Source: a virus
Lineage: Duplodnaviria; Caudoviricetes
Virus record (IMG/VR): IMGVR_UViG_3300046791_000268
Location: 1 to 52,599 of that record
Length of the DNA stretch: 52,599 nucleotides
Reading direction: 5' to 3' (one strand)
Every line of letters starts with the position of its first letter. Positions within the stretch are counted from its first letter, which is position 1. The notes under the pieces are model-generated. The model ran no database searches, had not been told where the DNA came from, and worked only from the letters and a program-made list of their open reading frames with translations. Of this stretch, positions 1 to 7,911 are shown piece by piece. The translations under genes and the position numbers were made by a program.

Positions 1-366
1 CCCAGCCATACGGGCCCCCAAACCAGTCACTGCTATGTACGGTGACCACATCCGCTAGGATGGCCGTACACAAGATCGCACTCCGCGGCCACGTAGGCGG
101 TGGCTCGGCGCCCGCTAGCTGACACATCTCCGCACAGTCGGCCTGGCCCTCGTGGTCGCCAGGTTTCGCGCCTGCGTGAATGGCGATCCGCTGGCCTATC
201 ATGGCTTTCGGCGGGGACCAGACCCGGTTCTCTATGTCCTTGCCAGCGTGGGCGATGGCCCAGGCCCAGCAAGCGTGCAACGTCAGTGCCTTCATACGCT
301 ACAGCTTGACAGGTGCCGCCACGTCCGCAAGGCGAAAGTGCAACAAAGATTCAGCCGCGCCATGGT

Positions 367-404
367 CGATTTACTGTTGCACTATTTCAGAGACGCGCTA
401 CAGT
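367..404 (+). promoter_or_regulatory. Repeated promoter/operator element copy 1
   Basis: cgatttactg-TTG-cactatttca; -35 TTGCAC, 16 nt, -10 TACAGT, 6 nt, ATG 411. Confidence 0.85.
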
Positions 405-410
405 CTAGAT

Positions 411-758
411 ATGAACAACGCGACGCAAACAACCGAGACGCAGAACGCCACCTACACGCACGATGGCCGCATCGTTTACCCCGCGGGAACGGCCCTGCCA
501 GTCTGGGCGCATGGCTGGACACAGTGTAACAACCGTGGCGGCGCTTACTCTGTGTGGCTGGACGCGGCGGACATTGCCGCCAGCAAGGCGGACTATGCGG
601 CCATTGCCGCGGAAGCTGCAAAGCTCCGCACGCGAGTGGCTTGCGAGGCGGCATTGCGGGACCTGGGCGTTGAGCCATGCGGCACTTGCGCGATGATGCG
701 CATTGCGTACCAAAATACGAAATACGCGGATCTCTGGCCACTCCGCCAAGTCGGCTGA
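411..758 (+). CDS. Hypothetical array protein (115 aa, CxxC near C-terminus)
   Basis: In-frame ATG of ORF 180..758 directly after element; its TGA is the first 3 nt of the next element. Confidence 0.8.
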   Translation: MNNATQTTETQNATYTHDGRIVYPAGTALPVWAHGWTQCNNRGGAYSVWLDAADIAASKADYAAIAAEAAKLRTRVACEAALRDLGVEPCGTCAMMRIAYQNTKYADLWPLRQVG

Positions 759-793
759 TTTAGCGTTGCGCGGATTCAATCTAGTGCTAGATT
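756..793 (+). promoter_or_regulatory. Repeated element copy 2 (leadered, SD GGGAG)
   Basis: tgatttagcg-TTG-cgcggattca; TTGCGC-16-TAGATT; extra inverted repeat ttcaatctag-tg-ctagattgaa. Confidence 0.85.
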
Positions 794-827
794 GAAGTCG
801 TAGGCAGTCAGCAAGGGAGACACGAAA

Positions 828-1043
828 ATGAGCAACGGTATGACGGCGGCGGATGTGCAGGGTTTGGCGAACGGCATTGAGGCGCGTTTGATGGCGCACC
901 TGTCGGGCGCGCAGCCTGCGGACACACAGACACAGCGCGTGCTACTCGCGCAACTTTCGTGGTGCCAGGCGCGCCTGTGCGAGGCCCAGGCCGATCAAGA
1001 GCGATCGGACGAAATCTCCTACCTTTGTTGCGTGCATGGTTGA
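828..1043 (+). CDS. Hypothetical array protein (71 aa)
   Basis: SD aagggag upstream; stop embedded in next element. Confidence 0.75.
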   Translation: MSNGMTAADVQGLANGIEARLMAHLSGAQPADTQTQRVLLAQLSWCQARLCEAQADQERSDEISYLCCVHG

Positions 1044-1078
1044 TTTGCCGTTGCACTAAATCAGAACGGTGCTATTCT
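1041..1078 (+). promoter_or_regulatory. Repeated element copy 3
   Basis: tgatttgccg-TTG-cactaaatca; TTGCAC-16-TATTCT-6 nt-ATG 1085. Confidence 0.85.
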
Positions 1079-1084
1079 CTAGAT

Positions 1085-1267
1085 ATGAACACGACGCAAT
1101 CAATCGCCGCCTACGAAATCTGCACACGCACACGGAACGTCGCACAGGCGCGCAAGTTCCACGCACAGGGCATCTTGACCGCCGTCCAGGTAGCCGCGGT
1201 GGAACGCTTGGTAGCCCAAGAGAACGCGTGGAAGCCGCGCGATACGAATAAAAGCGGCATGCGCTGA
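1085..1267 (+). CDS. Hypothetical array protein (60 aa)
   Basis: In-frame ATG of ORF 959..1267 (MNTTQSIAAY...). Confidence 0.75.
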   Translation: MNTTQSIAAYEICTRTRNVAQARKFHAQGILTAVQVAAVERLVAQENAWKPRDTNKSGMR

Positions 1268-1302
1268 AATAACGTTGCACCGAATCAAAGTAGTGCTAGA
1301 TT
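1265..1302 (+). promoter_or_regulatory. Repeated element copy 4 (leadered)
   Basis: tgaaataacg-TTG-caccgaatca; TTGCAC-16-TAGATT; leader nearly identical to copy 2. Confidence 0.85.
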
Positions 1303-1336
1303 GAAGTTGTAGGCAGTTAGCAGGGAGTTGACACGG

Positions 1337-1858
1337 ATGACCACCACGATTCACCAGATTCTTTTCACGCGCAAACACAATGAAAACGCGACCACCGCTA
1401 TGGACGCGTACGCGCCATGGTCGGGTCAGGTAGACCTGAACGAAACCGGCACATTCTGCGCGTCGTTCGATTGGGACATGCTGGTCACGGCGAAACTGTA
1501 TGAGGTGCGTGACGTGGAATTGCCCTCGTGGCTCCCTGCGGCGGAGTGGTGCAACGCTACGATTGACTGGAAATACACTTGGGGTGCGGGCGTAGACCGG
1601 GCATGGTCGGAAGCCTGGCAACGCGGTCTGAAAAGCCTGTCATTCGCCGATCGCTACGCGGCATGCAAGTTGCTCAATACCAAGAAGTTCCGATCCGAGT
1701 TTCGCAAATCGCTCCGTGACCAGATTGTCGCCTGGCTTGAAACCCCCGCCGCTGACCGCCGCTACGGCAACCCCCTGAGCCCTCGCCAGTGGGCCGCCAT
1801 CTCGGGGCCCGCGTACGAAACCAAGCGCGCCCAGGAACAGATTTACCGCGATCGTTGA
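1337..1858 (+). CDS. Hypothetical array protein (173 aa, Trp-rich)
   Basis: SD GGGAG before ATG 1337; stop embedded in next element. Confidence 0.85.
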   Translation: MTTTIHQILFTRKHNENATTAMDAYAPWSGQVDLNETGTFCASFDWDMLVTAKLYEVRDVELPSWLPAAEWCNATIDWKYTWGAGVDRAWSEAWQRGLKSLSFADRYAACKLLNTKKFRSEFRKSLRDQIVAWLETPAADRRYGNPLSPRQWAAISGPAYETKRAQEQIYRDR

Positions 1859-1893
1859 TTTTCTGTTGCGCTAAATCAAGACACTGCTAGTAT
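1856..1893 (+). promoter_or_regulatory. Repeated element copy 5
   Basis: tgattttctg-TTG-cgctaaatca; TTGCGC-16-TAGTAT-6 nt-ATG 1900. Confidence 0.85.
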
Positions 1894-1899
1894 CTAGAC

Positions 1900-2487
1900 A
1901 TGGGCACGAATCAAGGAGTTGGAACGATGAATAGCGAAGCAGTGGCGACGGTTAGCAGCGTGCATGTGTTCGAGGCGGCAGGCTTGGGCAAGGCGCCGTT
2001 CAAGCTGGGCGCGATTGTCGACACAGCCGCTGGCAAAGACGCACAGGGCCTTGTGTTGGTGGGCTACACACCGGAAGGCTTTGCCATCCACACGACGCCA
2101 GGCGGCACGTGCGCCTACTGCGGCCATGCCATCATCGTCTTGTGCAAGATCGTCAGCGCCGATGGTCAGCGGTTCCACGTGGGCACCGATTGTGTGAACA
2201 AAACTGGCGATGCTGGCATGGAAAAGCGTGTGGCGACTTTCGCCAGTGCGCGCGCATCAAAGCAACGCAAGGCGCTTGCGGCCGCAAAAAAAGCTGACCT
2301 GGCGACGCTGTTAGCCGACGAAACCGTGTGCGCGACACTCGCCGCGATGCCCCATCCGCTCGCCTGGCGCGCCGCACAAGGCGACACGCTGCTAGGCTGG
2401 GCTCAGTGGATGGCCGCCCATAGCGGCGCCGCTGGCAAGGCTAAGACGCTGAAAGCAGTCAAGGCTGCGCTGGCGGTGGCGCCATGA
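1900..2487 (+). CDS. Putative Zn-binding phage protein
   Basis: CAYC...HVGTDCV motif; alternative start 1927 with SD AAGGAG. Confidence 0.8.
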   Translation: MGTNQGVGTMNSEAVATVSSVHVFEAAGLGKAPFKLGAIVDTAAGKDAQGLVLVGYTPEGFAIHTTPGGTCAYCGHAIIVLCKIVSADGQRFHVGTDCVNKTGDAGMEKRVATFASARASKQRKALAAAKKADLATLLADETVCATLAAMPHPLAWRAAQGDTLLGWAQWMAAHSGAAGKAKTLKAVKAALAVAP

Positions 2488-2765
2488 AGTTCGAAGTTTC
2501 GCGCCGCCTCGATTCGCGCGGCTTCACACTGCGCACGCGCGTGCTGACTCTCGCCGCTCACTGGTGGCCGCGCTGGCGGCGCTTCCCCGGCGCATGCGTG
2601 ACGCTGAACTTTGGGCAAGGCGCGGGCTACATCGGGGGCGCTACAGCGTTTCTTGCGGTCAACGCCAAAGGCGGGGGCCTGCGCTGGCTGCACACACCCG
2701 CGCCGTTCCGGGCCGGTCTCACGCGCAACGGCAACGGCGTTCCCTACCATTTTCGCGGGGGCTGA
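2484..2765 (+). CDS. Hypothetical protein (93 aa)
   Basis: ATGA overlap with the previous gene; the only array gene without its own element. Confidence 0.65.
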   Translation: MKFEVSRRLDSRGFTLRTRVLTLAAHWWPRWRRFPGACVTLNFGQGAGYIGGATAFLAVNAKGGGLRWLHTPAPFRAGLTRNGNGVPYHFRGG

Positions 2766-2783
2766 AAATCGACGCGCGCCGAT

Positions 2784-2821
2784 TGAAAAGACGTTGCACG
2801 AAATCAAAAGGCTGTTAGAGT
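2784..2821 (+). promoter_or_regulatory. Repeated element copy 6
   Basis: tgaaaagacg-TTG-cacgaaatca; TTGCAC-16-TAGAGT-6 nt-ATG 2828. Confidence 0.85.
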
Positions 2822-2827
2822 AAAGAC

Positions 2828-3025
2828 ATGGACGAAACACAAACCAAGCCCTCCGCTGTAACAACCCTCGCCGCCGTCAAGGCGTTGCGCGCAACCAAGC
2901 CCAGCAGTGGCTTCGCCTGCATGGAATGCGGCCACAAGTTCCGCACCATCGCGGCCGCCCAAAAAGCGGCGTTTGGTGACAACGGGTGCCCCAAGTGTGG
3001 CGGCGCTGACATTGACCTGGGTTGA
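2828..3025 (+). CDS. Zinc-ribbon protein (65 aa)
   Basis: CMECGHKF...CPKCGG. Confidence 0.8.
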   Translation: MDETQTKPSAVTTLAAVKALRATKPSSGFACMECGHKFRTIAAAQKAAFGDNGCPKCGGADIDLG

Positions 3026-3042
3026 AAGATCGGGGCAACGTC

Positions 3043-3080
3043 TGAAAAGGCGTTGCACTAAATCAAGGGCCTGCTAGTCT
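3043..3080 (+). promoter_or_regulatory. Repeated element copy 7 (leadered)
   Basis: tgaaaaggcg-TTG-cactaaatca; TTGCAC-16-TAGTCT. Confidence 0.85.
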
Positions 3081-3132
3081 GATGAGTGTGGATACGGTAA
3101 CGAAACGCAACGCGAGCCAGGGAGTTGACACG

Positions 3133-3450
3133 ATGATTACGACGCAAACCAACAACGGCACCACGGTCACCATGTTCGCCTGTACGGCGGAACAAGAGGC
3201 CTTTGCCGCCTCTCTGAGCTACTGGACGGTCCTTATCCCTTGGTCGGATCAGCCGACCAAGTGGCACCCCACAGACCGCAAGGGCCCCTTCGCGGTGCTG
3301 ACCAGCGGCTGTTACAAGACGCTCGCACAGGCGCAAGCCTGGGCTGACGCCAACCTAAAGGGCCAGCCCTGCACGTTCCGCTGGTACGCGTTCGAAATGC
3401 CCCCAGAGGCGATCGGCCCCGATGGCGCGTGCCTGCCGCCTGCGGTGTGA
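3133..3450 (+). CDS. Hypothetical array protein
   Basis: cagggagttgacacgATG, the same RBS as the gene at 1337; alternative starts 3082/3088. Confidence 0.75.
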   Translation: MITTQTNNGTTVTMFACTAEQEAFAASLSYWTVLIPWSDQPTKWHPTDRKGPFAVLTSGCYKTLAQAQAWADANLKGQPCTFRWYAFEMPPEAIGPDGACLPPAV

Positions 3451-3481
3451 GCTGCCGCCAAACAATCTTCAGTGCAACGCA

Positions 3482-3520
3482 TGAAAACGTGTTGCACTAA
3501 ATCAGAGACCACGCTAGAGT
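3482..3520 (+). promoter_or_regulatory. Repeated element copy 8
   Basis: tgaaaacgtg-TTG-cactaaatca; TTGCAC-17-TAGAGT-6 nt-ATG 3527. Confidence 0.85.
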
Positions 3521-3526
3521 AAAGAC

Positions 3527-3811
3527 ATGGACAACAGCAACTACACGATGCCAGACGCGAGCGAAGCCGTAACCGTCAAGATCGCGGATTTCCGCCGCGC
3601 CATAGAGCACCTAGAGCGCAAGTTGCACGTGGACTACCACGCGTGTGTGGGCGCCGCGGAACGCGCCGCCTGGGCGGCACAGGCGCGCCGTGTAGGCTCT
3701 GAGCTGATCCGCCTAGTGTGCAAGCGCGCCACGGCTGACGATATGGATCGGCGCGAACGCGCTCTGGACCGTTCTACCGCTCTGATCGCGAAAGTTTTGC
3801 AAGCCGGTTGA
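3527..3811 (+). CDS. Hypothetical helical array protein (94 aa)
   Basis: ORF fills the interval between two elements. Confidence 0.8.
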   Translation: MDNSNYTMPDASEAVTVKIADFRRAIEHLERKLHVDYHACVGAAERAAWAAQARRVGSELIRLVCKRATADDMDRRERALDRSTALIAKVLQAG

Positions 3812-3847
3812 TTTAGGGTTGCACTCAATCAAGAGCCTTGCTAGAGT
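3809..3847 (+). promoter_or_regulatory. Repeated element copy 9
   Basis: tgatttaggg-TTG-cactcaatca; TTGCAC-17-TAGAGT-6 nt-ATG 3854. Confidence 0.85.
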
Positions 3848-3853
3848 CTACTC

Positions 3854-4678
3854 ATGGACAGCAGTCAAACGGTTACCCGGTTCGTGGGCATCTGCCAAAT
3901 CTGCGAAGGCCAGTTCAAGCTGGACGCGCAGGCCCTGATGGTGCACCACGGCTACAAGCGCCCAGGCGGCGGCTACATCGTGGGCGATTGCGCCGCGGTA
4001 GGTCACCCAGCCTACGAACAGAGCTGTGAGCGCCTGAAGTTGTACATCGTGGGCATGCGCGCGGCGCTGGCGACCGCCCAGGCGCGGAAGTGTGCGCTTG
4101 AAAGCGGCGAAGTGTCGGAACTGACTGTTGAGAGCCGCTACCGTCGCGGTTATGCGGCAGAGACCCGCACCCACAAAGTGGGCGATGTGGAATGGCTGCG
4201 CGTCCTAGAGTCAGCGATCGGCAAACAGACTCAGCTGGTCCGCTGGCTGACCGACGATATCAAGCGTTGCGAGGCCCGCGTAGCCGCCTGGAAAGCCCAG
4301 CCGCTGCGCACGGTGGAGGAACTACGGGCCACGGAACGTGCGAGCGCTCAGGAGGCGCAGGCGGCCAAACTTGCCAAGCGCCAGGCAAAGCTAGACGCCA
4401 AAATCAAGGGCTACCAGACGCGGATCGATGCGGCGTGCCGCCGAAAAACAACCAGCACGCTAGCCGACATTTTCGAGTCAGCGCCTGCCAAGCTCCGCGA
4501 AATCGTGGGCTGGAATGAGCTGACCGCCGCCCAGGCGCTTGCGCTCTTGGAACGTGACCACGTGTGGCGCGCGTTCGAGTTAGAGCCAGGCGCGCCCTCG
4601 AATCAGGTCACTCTGTCAAAGATGAGTTGGCCCGCGCTGCACGGCCTGCCGCGTTTTCCCTGGCCCGCGGGCCTGTGA
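3854..4678 (+). CDS. Zn-finger plus coiled-coil phage protein (274 aa)
   Basis: CQIC...HHGY...C N-terminus followed by long helical region. Confidence 0.85.
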   Translation: MDSSQTVTRFVGICQICEGQFKLDAQALMVHHGYKRPGGGYIVGDCAAVGHPAYEQSCERLKLYIVGMRAALATAQARKCALESGEVSELTVESRYRRGYAAETRTHKVGDVEWLRVLESAIGKQTQLVRWLTDDIKRCEARVAAWKAQPLRTVEELRATERASAQEAQAAKLAKRQAKLDAKIKGYQTRIDAACRRKTTSTLADIFESAPAKLREIVGWNELTAAQALALLERDHVWRAFELEPGAPSNQVTLSKMSWPALHGLPRFPWPAGL

Positions 4679-4698
4679 CGATTGTTGGGGTGCAACGC

Positions 4699-4736
4699 TG
4701 ATTTAGTGTTGCACTCATTCAGGCACCTGCTAGAGT
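4699..4736 (+). promoter_or_regulatory. Repeated element copy 10
   Basis: tgatttagtg-TTG-cactcattca; TTGCAC-16-TAGAGT-6 nt-ATG 4743. Confidence 0.85.
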
Positions 4737-4742
4737 CTAGAC

Positions 4743-4964
4743 ATGGAAACAAAGCAAATCATCGTGTCTAGCCGCCTGACCCTGGACGGCGTTCGCGTGT
4801 TCATCCACTCGGATGGTGCGATCGCCGATCGCTGTAACTTCCTTCGCAATCGCGTCAAGCGTGATCTGTGGCGCTTTGTGGGCGAAATCTGCACTCTGAA
4901 CTATTCGGAGTTAGAGACCGCGATCAAGGCCTGGAACCGTCCAGCGAAGGCCGGTGTGCGCTGA
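4743..4964 (+). CDS. Hypothetical array protein (73 aa)
   Basis: Bounded by two elements; stop embedded in the next. Confidence 0.8.
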   Translation: METKQIIVSSRLTLDGVRVFIHSDGAIADRCNFLRNRVKRDLWRFVGEICTLNYSELETAIKAWNRPAKAGVR

Positions 4965-4999
4965 TTTAGTGTTGCGCTATTTCAGAGGCCTGCTAGAGT
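4962..4999 (+). promoter_or_regulatory. Repeated element copy 11
   Basis: tgatttagtg-TTG-cgctatttca; TTGCGC-16-TAGAGT-6 nt-ATG 5006. Confidence 0.85.
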
Positions 5000-5005
5000 C
5001 TAGAC

Positions 5006-5185
5006 ATGGAACCGACGTACACAAAAAGCAACGCGGAAACGGGTGTAGAGGCGCGCGTGTTTGCCTACGGCGAACGCTACACGGTGACCCTGTGCGATCT
5101 TGACTCTGGCCAGACGTTGCCCCACATGCGGCGCGTGGCCACGCTGGCGGAAGCCGTGGCGCTTGCGGACAAGTGGGCCGCCTGA
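5006..5185 (+). CDS. Hypothetical array protein (59 aa, not in ORF track)
   Basis: Hand translation MEPTYTKSNAETGVEARVFAYGERYTVTLCDLDSGQTLPHMRRVATLAEAVALADKWAA*. Confidence 0.8.
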   Translation: MEPTYTKSNAETGVEARVFAYGERYTVTLCDLDSGQTLPHMRRVATLAEAVALADKWAA

Positions 5186-5197
5186 ACCGCGCCAGGG

Positions 5198-5236
5198 CGC
5201 GTGAGTGTTGCGAACAATCAAGAGAGTGGTTAGTGT
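5198..5236 (+). promoter_or_regulatory. Degenerate element copy 12 (left arm lost)
   Basis: gtg-TTG-cgaacaatca; TTGCGA-17-TAGTGT-6 nt-ATG 5243. Confidence 0.6.
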
Positions 5237-5242
5237 GTGGCG

Positions 5243-5455
5243 ATGAAGAAAAAGAAGAAAGTGGCGACACGGGGCGGGGCTCGCGAGGGCGCTGGACGGC
5301 CCGCGGTGGCCGATGAACTCAGGCGCGGTCATCGCATCATGCTGAATCTGCGAGACGAGCAACACGCGGAGCTAGTAGGCCTGGCCCAGCGTGCGAAGGT
5401 AAGTCTAAGTCGGTTCATCGTGCGTAAGCTGTTTCCGCTGGCTGCCGACGATTGA
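5243..5455 (+). CDS. Ribbon-helix-helix DNA-binding protein with basic RGGAREGAGRP arm
   Basis: HRIMLNL strand, then helices EQHAELVGLAQR and SLSRFIVRK. Confidence 0.75.
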   Translation: MKKKKKVATRGGAREGAGRPAVADELRRGHRIMLNLRDEQHAELVGLAQRAKVSLSRFIVRKLFPLAADD

Positions 5456-5476
5456 GCGGCTGGCAAGGGGGCACGC

Positions 5477-5896
5477 ATGGGTGAGCTGGATGACGGGATT
5501 GCGGAGCGCGTAGAGCTGTTTGAGCGGCTCAAGATGGCCTATTTGGAGTATCGGGCGGAGTGTTCGCTAGCCTGGAATCGTCACAGCACGTTCATGATTC
5601 TTGTGATCGTGCCTACAGCGCTGGGGTGCGTGCTGGGCATGGGATCGGCTGGGGTGCGTGCGTTGTTGCTTCAAAGCGCGCTGACGGCGCTAGCAGGCGC
5701 GTTCATCACGGCCCGCTCGCATGGCAGGGTAGCCGCGGCCCGGTACGTCCTAGAGGCGCTTGAGGGCAAGCTAGGGCTGGTCGCGATGCATGCCGCAGAC
5801 GGCGCGCGCGAACCGTTCCCCGGCATGCGGGTCACGGTCGCGCTGTTTGCGCTTCTGGCCGTGCTGGACGTCGGGCTAGCGGTGTGTGGGAGGTAG
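5477..5896 (+). CDS. Membrane protein (about 3 TM)
   Basis: Three hydrophobic stretches; SD-like aagggg upstream. Confidence 0.7.
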   Translation: MGELDDGIAERVELFERLKMAYLEYRAECSLAWNRHSTFMILVIVPTALGCVLGMGSAGVRALLLQSALTALAGAFITARSHGRVAAARYVLEALEGKLGLVAMHAADGAREPFPGMRVTVALFALLAVLDVGLAVCGR

Positions 5897-6337
5897 CGGT
5901 CTACGAAATCCCAGCTTGTGCGCGACCGCATCGGACATGCCTTGCAGGGCTTCGCGGTAGGGGTCGCAGACTTTGATGCTGGCCACGATCGCAGGCGCTG
6001 TGTAGGCGAGGGGCATGCGGGTGTGCGCGGCCAGGGCCTGACCGTTCATCGAATCGGCTGCGGCGCGTAGGCGCTTGGCGAGCTGGGATTCAAGGGCCAG
6101 CATCAGCGTGACGTGGTCGCAGGGCAGGGGAAAGTGTTGCTCGTGCAGTGGGTCAGCGCTTTCAAACAGGGCGGCGAATGTGATGGGATGGCCGCCCAAA
6201 TCGTACAGCCCGACGCGGCCGAAAGCGGGCCACACGGCCATAGTGTAGTGGCCTACCTGTGCGAGCCAGACGCGCCTACCATCGCAGTCTGTACGGCGTT
6301 GCCATTTCGCTTGCGGCTGTGTGGGCTGTGTGTGCAT
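5876..6337 (-). CDS. Hypothetical protein
   Basis: 153-aa ORF with SD-like GGGGG upstream. Confidence 0.65.
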   Translation of the reverse strand: MHTQPTQPQAKWQRRTDCDGRRVWLAQVGHYTMAVWPAFGRVGLYDLGGHPITFAALFESADPLHEQHFPLPCDHVTLMLALESQLAKRLRAAADSMNGQALAAHTRMPLAYTAPAIVASIKVCDPYREALQGMSDAVAHKLGFRRPLPPTHR

Positions 6338-6415
6338 GACGTGTCCCCCTGAGTGGTTAGAGCTAGCGCGACGATAGCGCGCTGGGTGCGTGCGTAAATG
6401 GCCGATCGGGGCCGT

Positions 6416-6643
6416 TCAGGGGTAGCCAGTGACCGTCAGTGCCTTGCGGACCCTGGGCGTAAGCGAGCGTAGCCAGAGCGCGACCGCCAGGCAGTCCACG
6501 TGTTCACAGGCGAACGCAAGGCTGACGCAGGCGTCAACGTCGCGATCGGCTACGTGGCCATTGTCGAGCACGTTGGCGACGCAACAGCCGGACGCGGCGC
6601 GCGCGTAAATGTTCGCGATGAGTGTGCTGGGCGCGTCCATCAC
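6416..6643 (-). CDS. Hypothetical Cys-rich protein
   Basis: 4-nt overlap with the upstream gene. Confidence 0.6.
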   Translation of the reverse strand: MMDAPSTLIANIYARAASGCCVANVLDNGHVADRDVDACVSLAFACEHVDCLAVALWLRSLTPRVRKALTVTGYP

Positions 6644-6894
6644 TTCCCCAGCCGTCCCTCTACGATGGTTTCCCAGCGCTCGTGTAGGCGGTCACGCCAG
6701 CCCCGGACGCGTCCAAGCAAACGGGACCAGCGGATGGTGCCGCGTTCGTGGTCGATGTCTAGGCGGTAGTCCCCTGCCGGCGTGTCACGAAACGTGATTG
6801 TGCATACCATGGCGCCCAGTTCCTGCATGTGGTCCAGGGTCGCTTTGAGTAGCTGTTCCCGCTGCGCATGGGTGAGTGGTAAATCGTCCATCAC
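6640..6894 (-). CDS. Hypothetical protein, paralog of 6891..7127
   Basis: Shared LPLTxxQxxQLL...TxTF...G...LxxD pattern. Confidence 0.7.
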   Translation of the reverse strand: MMDDLPLTHAQREQLLKATLDHMQELGAMVCTITFRDTPAGDYRLDIDHERGTIRWSRLLGRVRGWRDRLHERWETIVEGRLGK

Positions 6895-7127
6895 TTGACC
6901 AGGTGATTTTCTTCAAAGTTATCCCACCATAGGCGCAGACGCTCACCCCAGGTCAGGCGGCACAGGTGAGCGGTGCGGGTGTTCACATCTACGCGCAGGA
7001 TGACCGTGCCACAGCGGAGGCCTGAAAAGGTCATGGTGTGCACACCGCCTGTGTCAGGAGGCGTAGGTGTTTCAAAGATGCGTAGGAGCTGTTGCACCTG
7101 ATCGGGAGTGAGCGGCAGCTGTTGCAT
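6891..7127 (-). CDS. Hypothetical protein, paralog of 6640..6894
   Basis: Same shared pattern; overlapping stop/start. Confidence 0.7.
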   Translation of the reverse strand: MQQLPLTPDQVQQLLRIFETPTPPDTGGVHTMTFSGLRCGTVILRVDVNTRTAHLCRLTWGERLRLWWDNFEENHLVK

Positions 7128-7248
7128 ACGTGTAGGTCTTTCTGTGTGTTGCGCTAAGGTCCATTGACGGGCGCGCTAAGTTAGACATACATCAGCACAC
7201 CGAAGTGATGAACACGGAAAGACACGCAGACCCAATGAACGACAAGAG

Positions 7249-7503
7249 ATGCAGTCTCTGTTAAGAGGGGTAGACGTGAGAAAGCGTACAGCGACACCCG
7301 TAGAGGGTTTGAGTGGTGTGCAATACACACGCATCAGTGTGGAGCAGGCTGGGATGTTAGAACAGCTGCGGACGCTCAAGAGCGCCGAGAATCCAGGGAT
7401 GTGTATTTCGAGGGCTGATGTGGTCCGCGGGCTGATCGAGGATGCGGCGCGCAGGCTGCGCGGTGTGCCTTCGGCGCCGCCCCAGCGTGGCCGTGTAGGC
7501 TGA
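7249..7503 (+). CDS. Ribbon-helix-helix protein
   Basis: YTRIS strand, EQAGMLEQL helix, SRADVVRGLIEDA helix; start uncertain. Confidence 0.65.
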   Translation: MQSLLRGVDVRKRTATPVEGLSGVQYTRISVEQAGMLEQLRTLKSAENPGMCISRADVVRGLIEDAARRLRGVPSAPPQRGRVG

Positions 7504-7656
7504 GTGTACGTAGATTGTGGGCTGCGCTACTCGTGAGTGGGCCGCACAGGTCTAAATCTCGCACCCTAGACCAAGCCTGTGCGGTGGCGAGATAGCGCGG
7601 CCCAGAGTCTACGTGTGGTGATGTGCGCACGATTGCACGTGAAACGCGTGTGTAGG

Positions 7657-7911
7657 TCAGCTGCTAGCGGTGTTAGGGTCAGCGGCCAGGCTGAGCTTTT
7701 TGGCGTCAGCATCCATCTCGCCTGCAATGTGTCGAAGCACGGCGGCCGCCGTGGTGAGTAGCTCGGGGGCCTGTGACGGTAAGACCAGCCACTGCTGGCT
7801 ATACGCGTTACCGTGTTCGCCCTCAAAGACGATCAGCACGGTGCCCTTGGCATGTGTCTTCTCGCGGATGAAGGCGCATAGCTCGTCACACTCATCGGTA
7901 CCTTGGGTCAT
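7657..7911 (-). CDS. Hypothetical protein (84 aa)
   Basis: Protein-like 3' part of ORF 7657..8223 starting MTQGTDEC. Confidence 0.55.
   Translation of the reverse strand: MTQGTDECDELCAFIREKTHAKGTVLIVFEGEHGNAYSQQWLVLPSQAPELLTTAAAVLRHIAGEMDADAKKLSLAADPNTASS

Noticed and set aside
331-353. Minus-strand copy of the element (tgaatctttg-TTG-cactttcgcc)
   Set aside because: Right arm and -10 box missing; cannot be supported at the window edge
180-410. N-terminal extensions of array ORFs (180, 959, 8851, 24869)
   Set aside because: They run through the promoter element; the downstream ATG matches the conserved geometry
2484-2765. C-terminal GG as a ubiquitin-like signal (also tape measure -SGG)
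   Set aside because: No supporting strand-PP motif or enzyme neighbour; GG is common by chance in GC-rich ORFs
367-5236. CRISPR array or classical integron attC array
   Set aside because: Intervals are whole genes of variable length, repeats are degenerate and promoter-shaped, GTTGCAC does not fit GTTRRRY, and no cas genes are present
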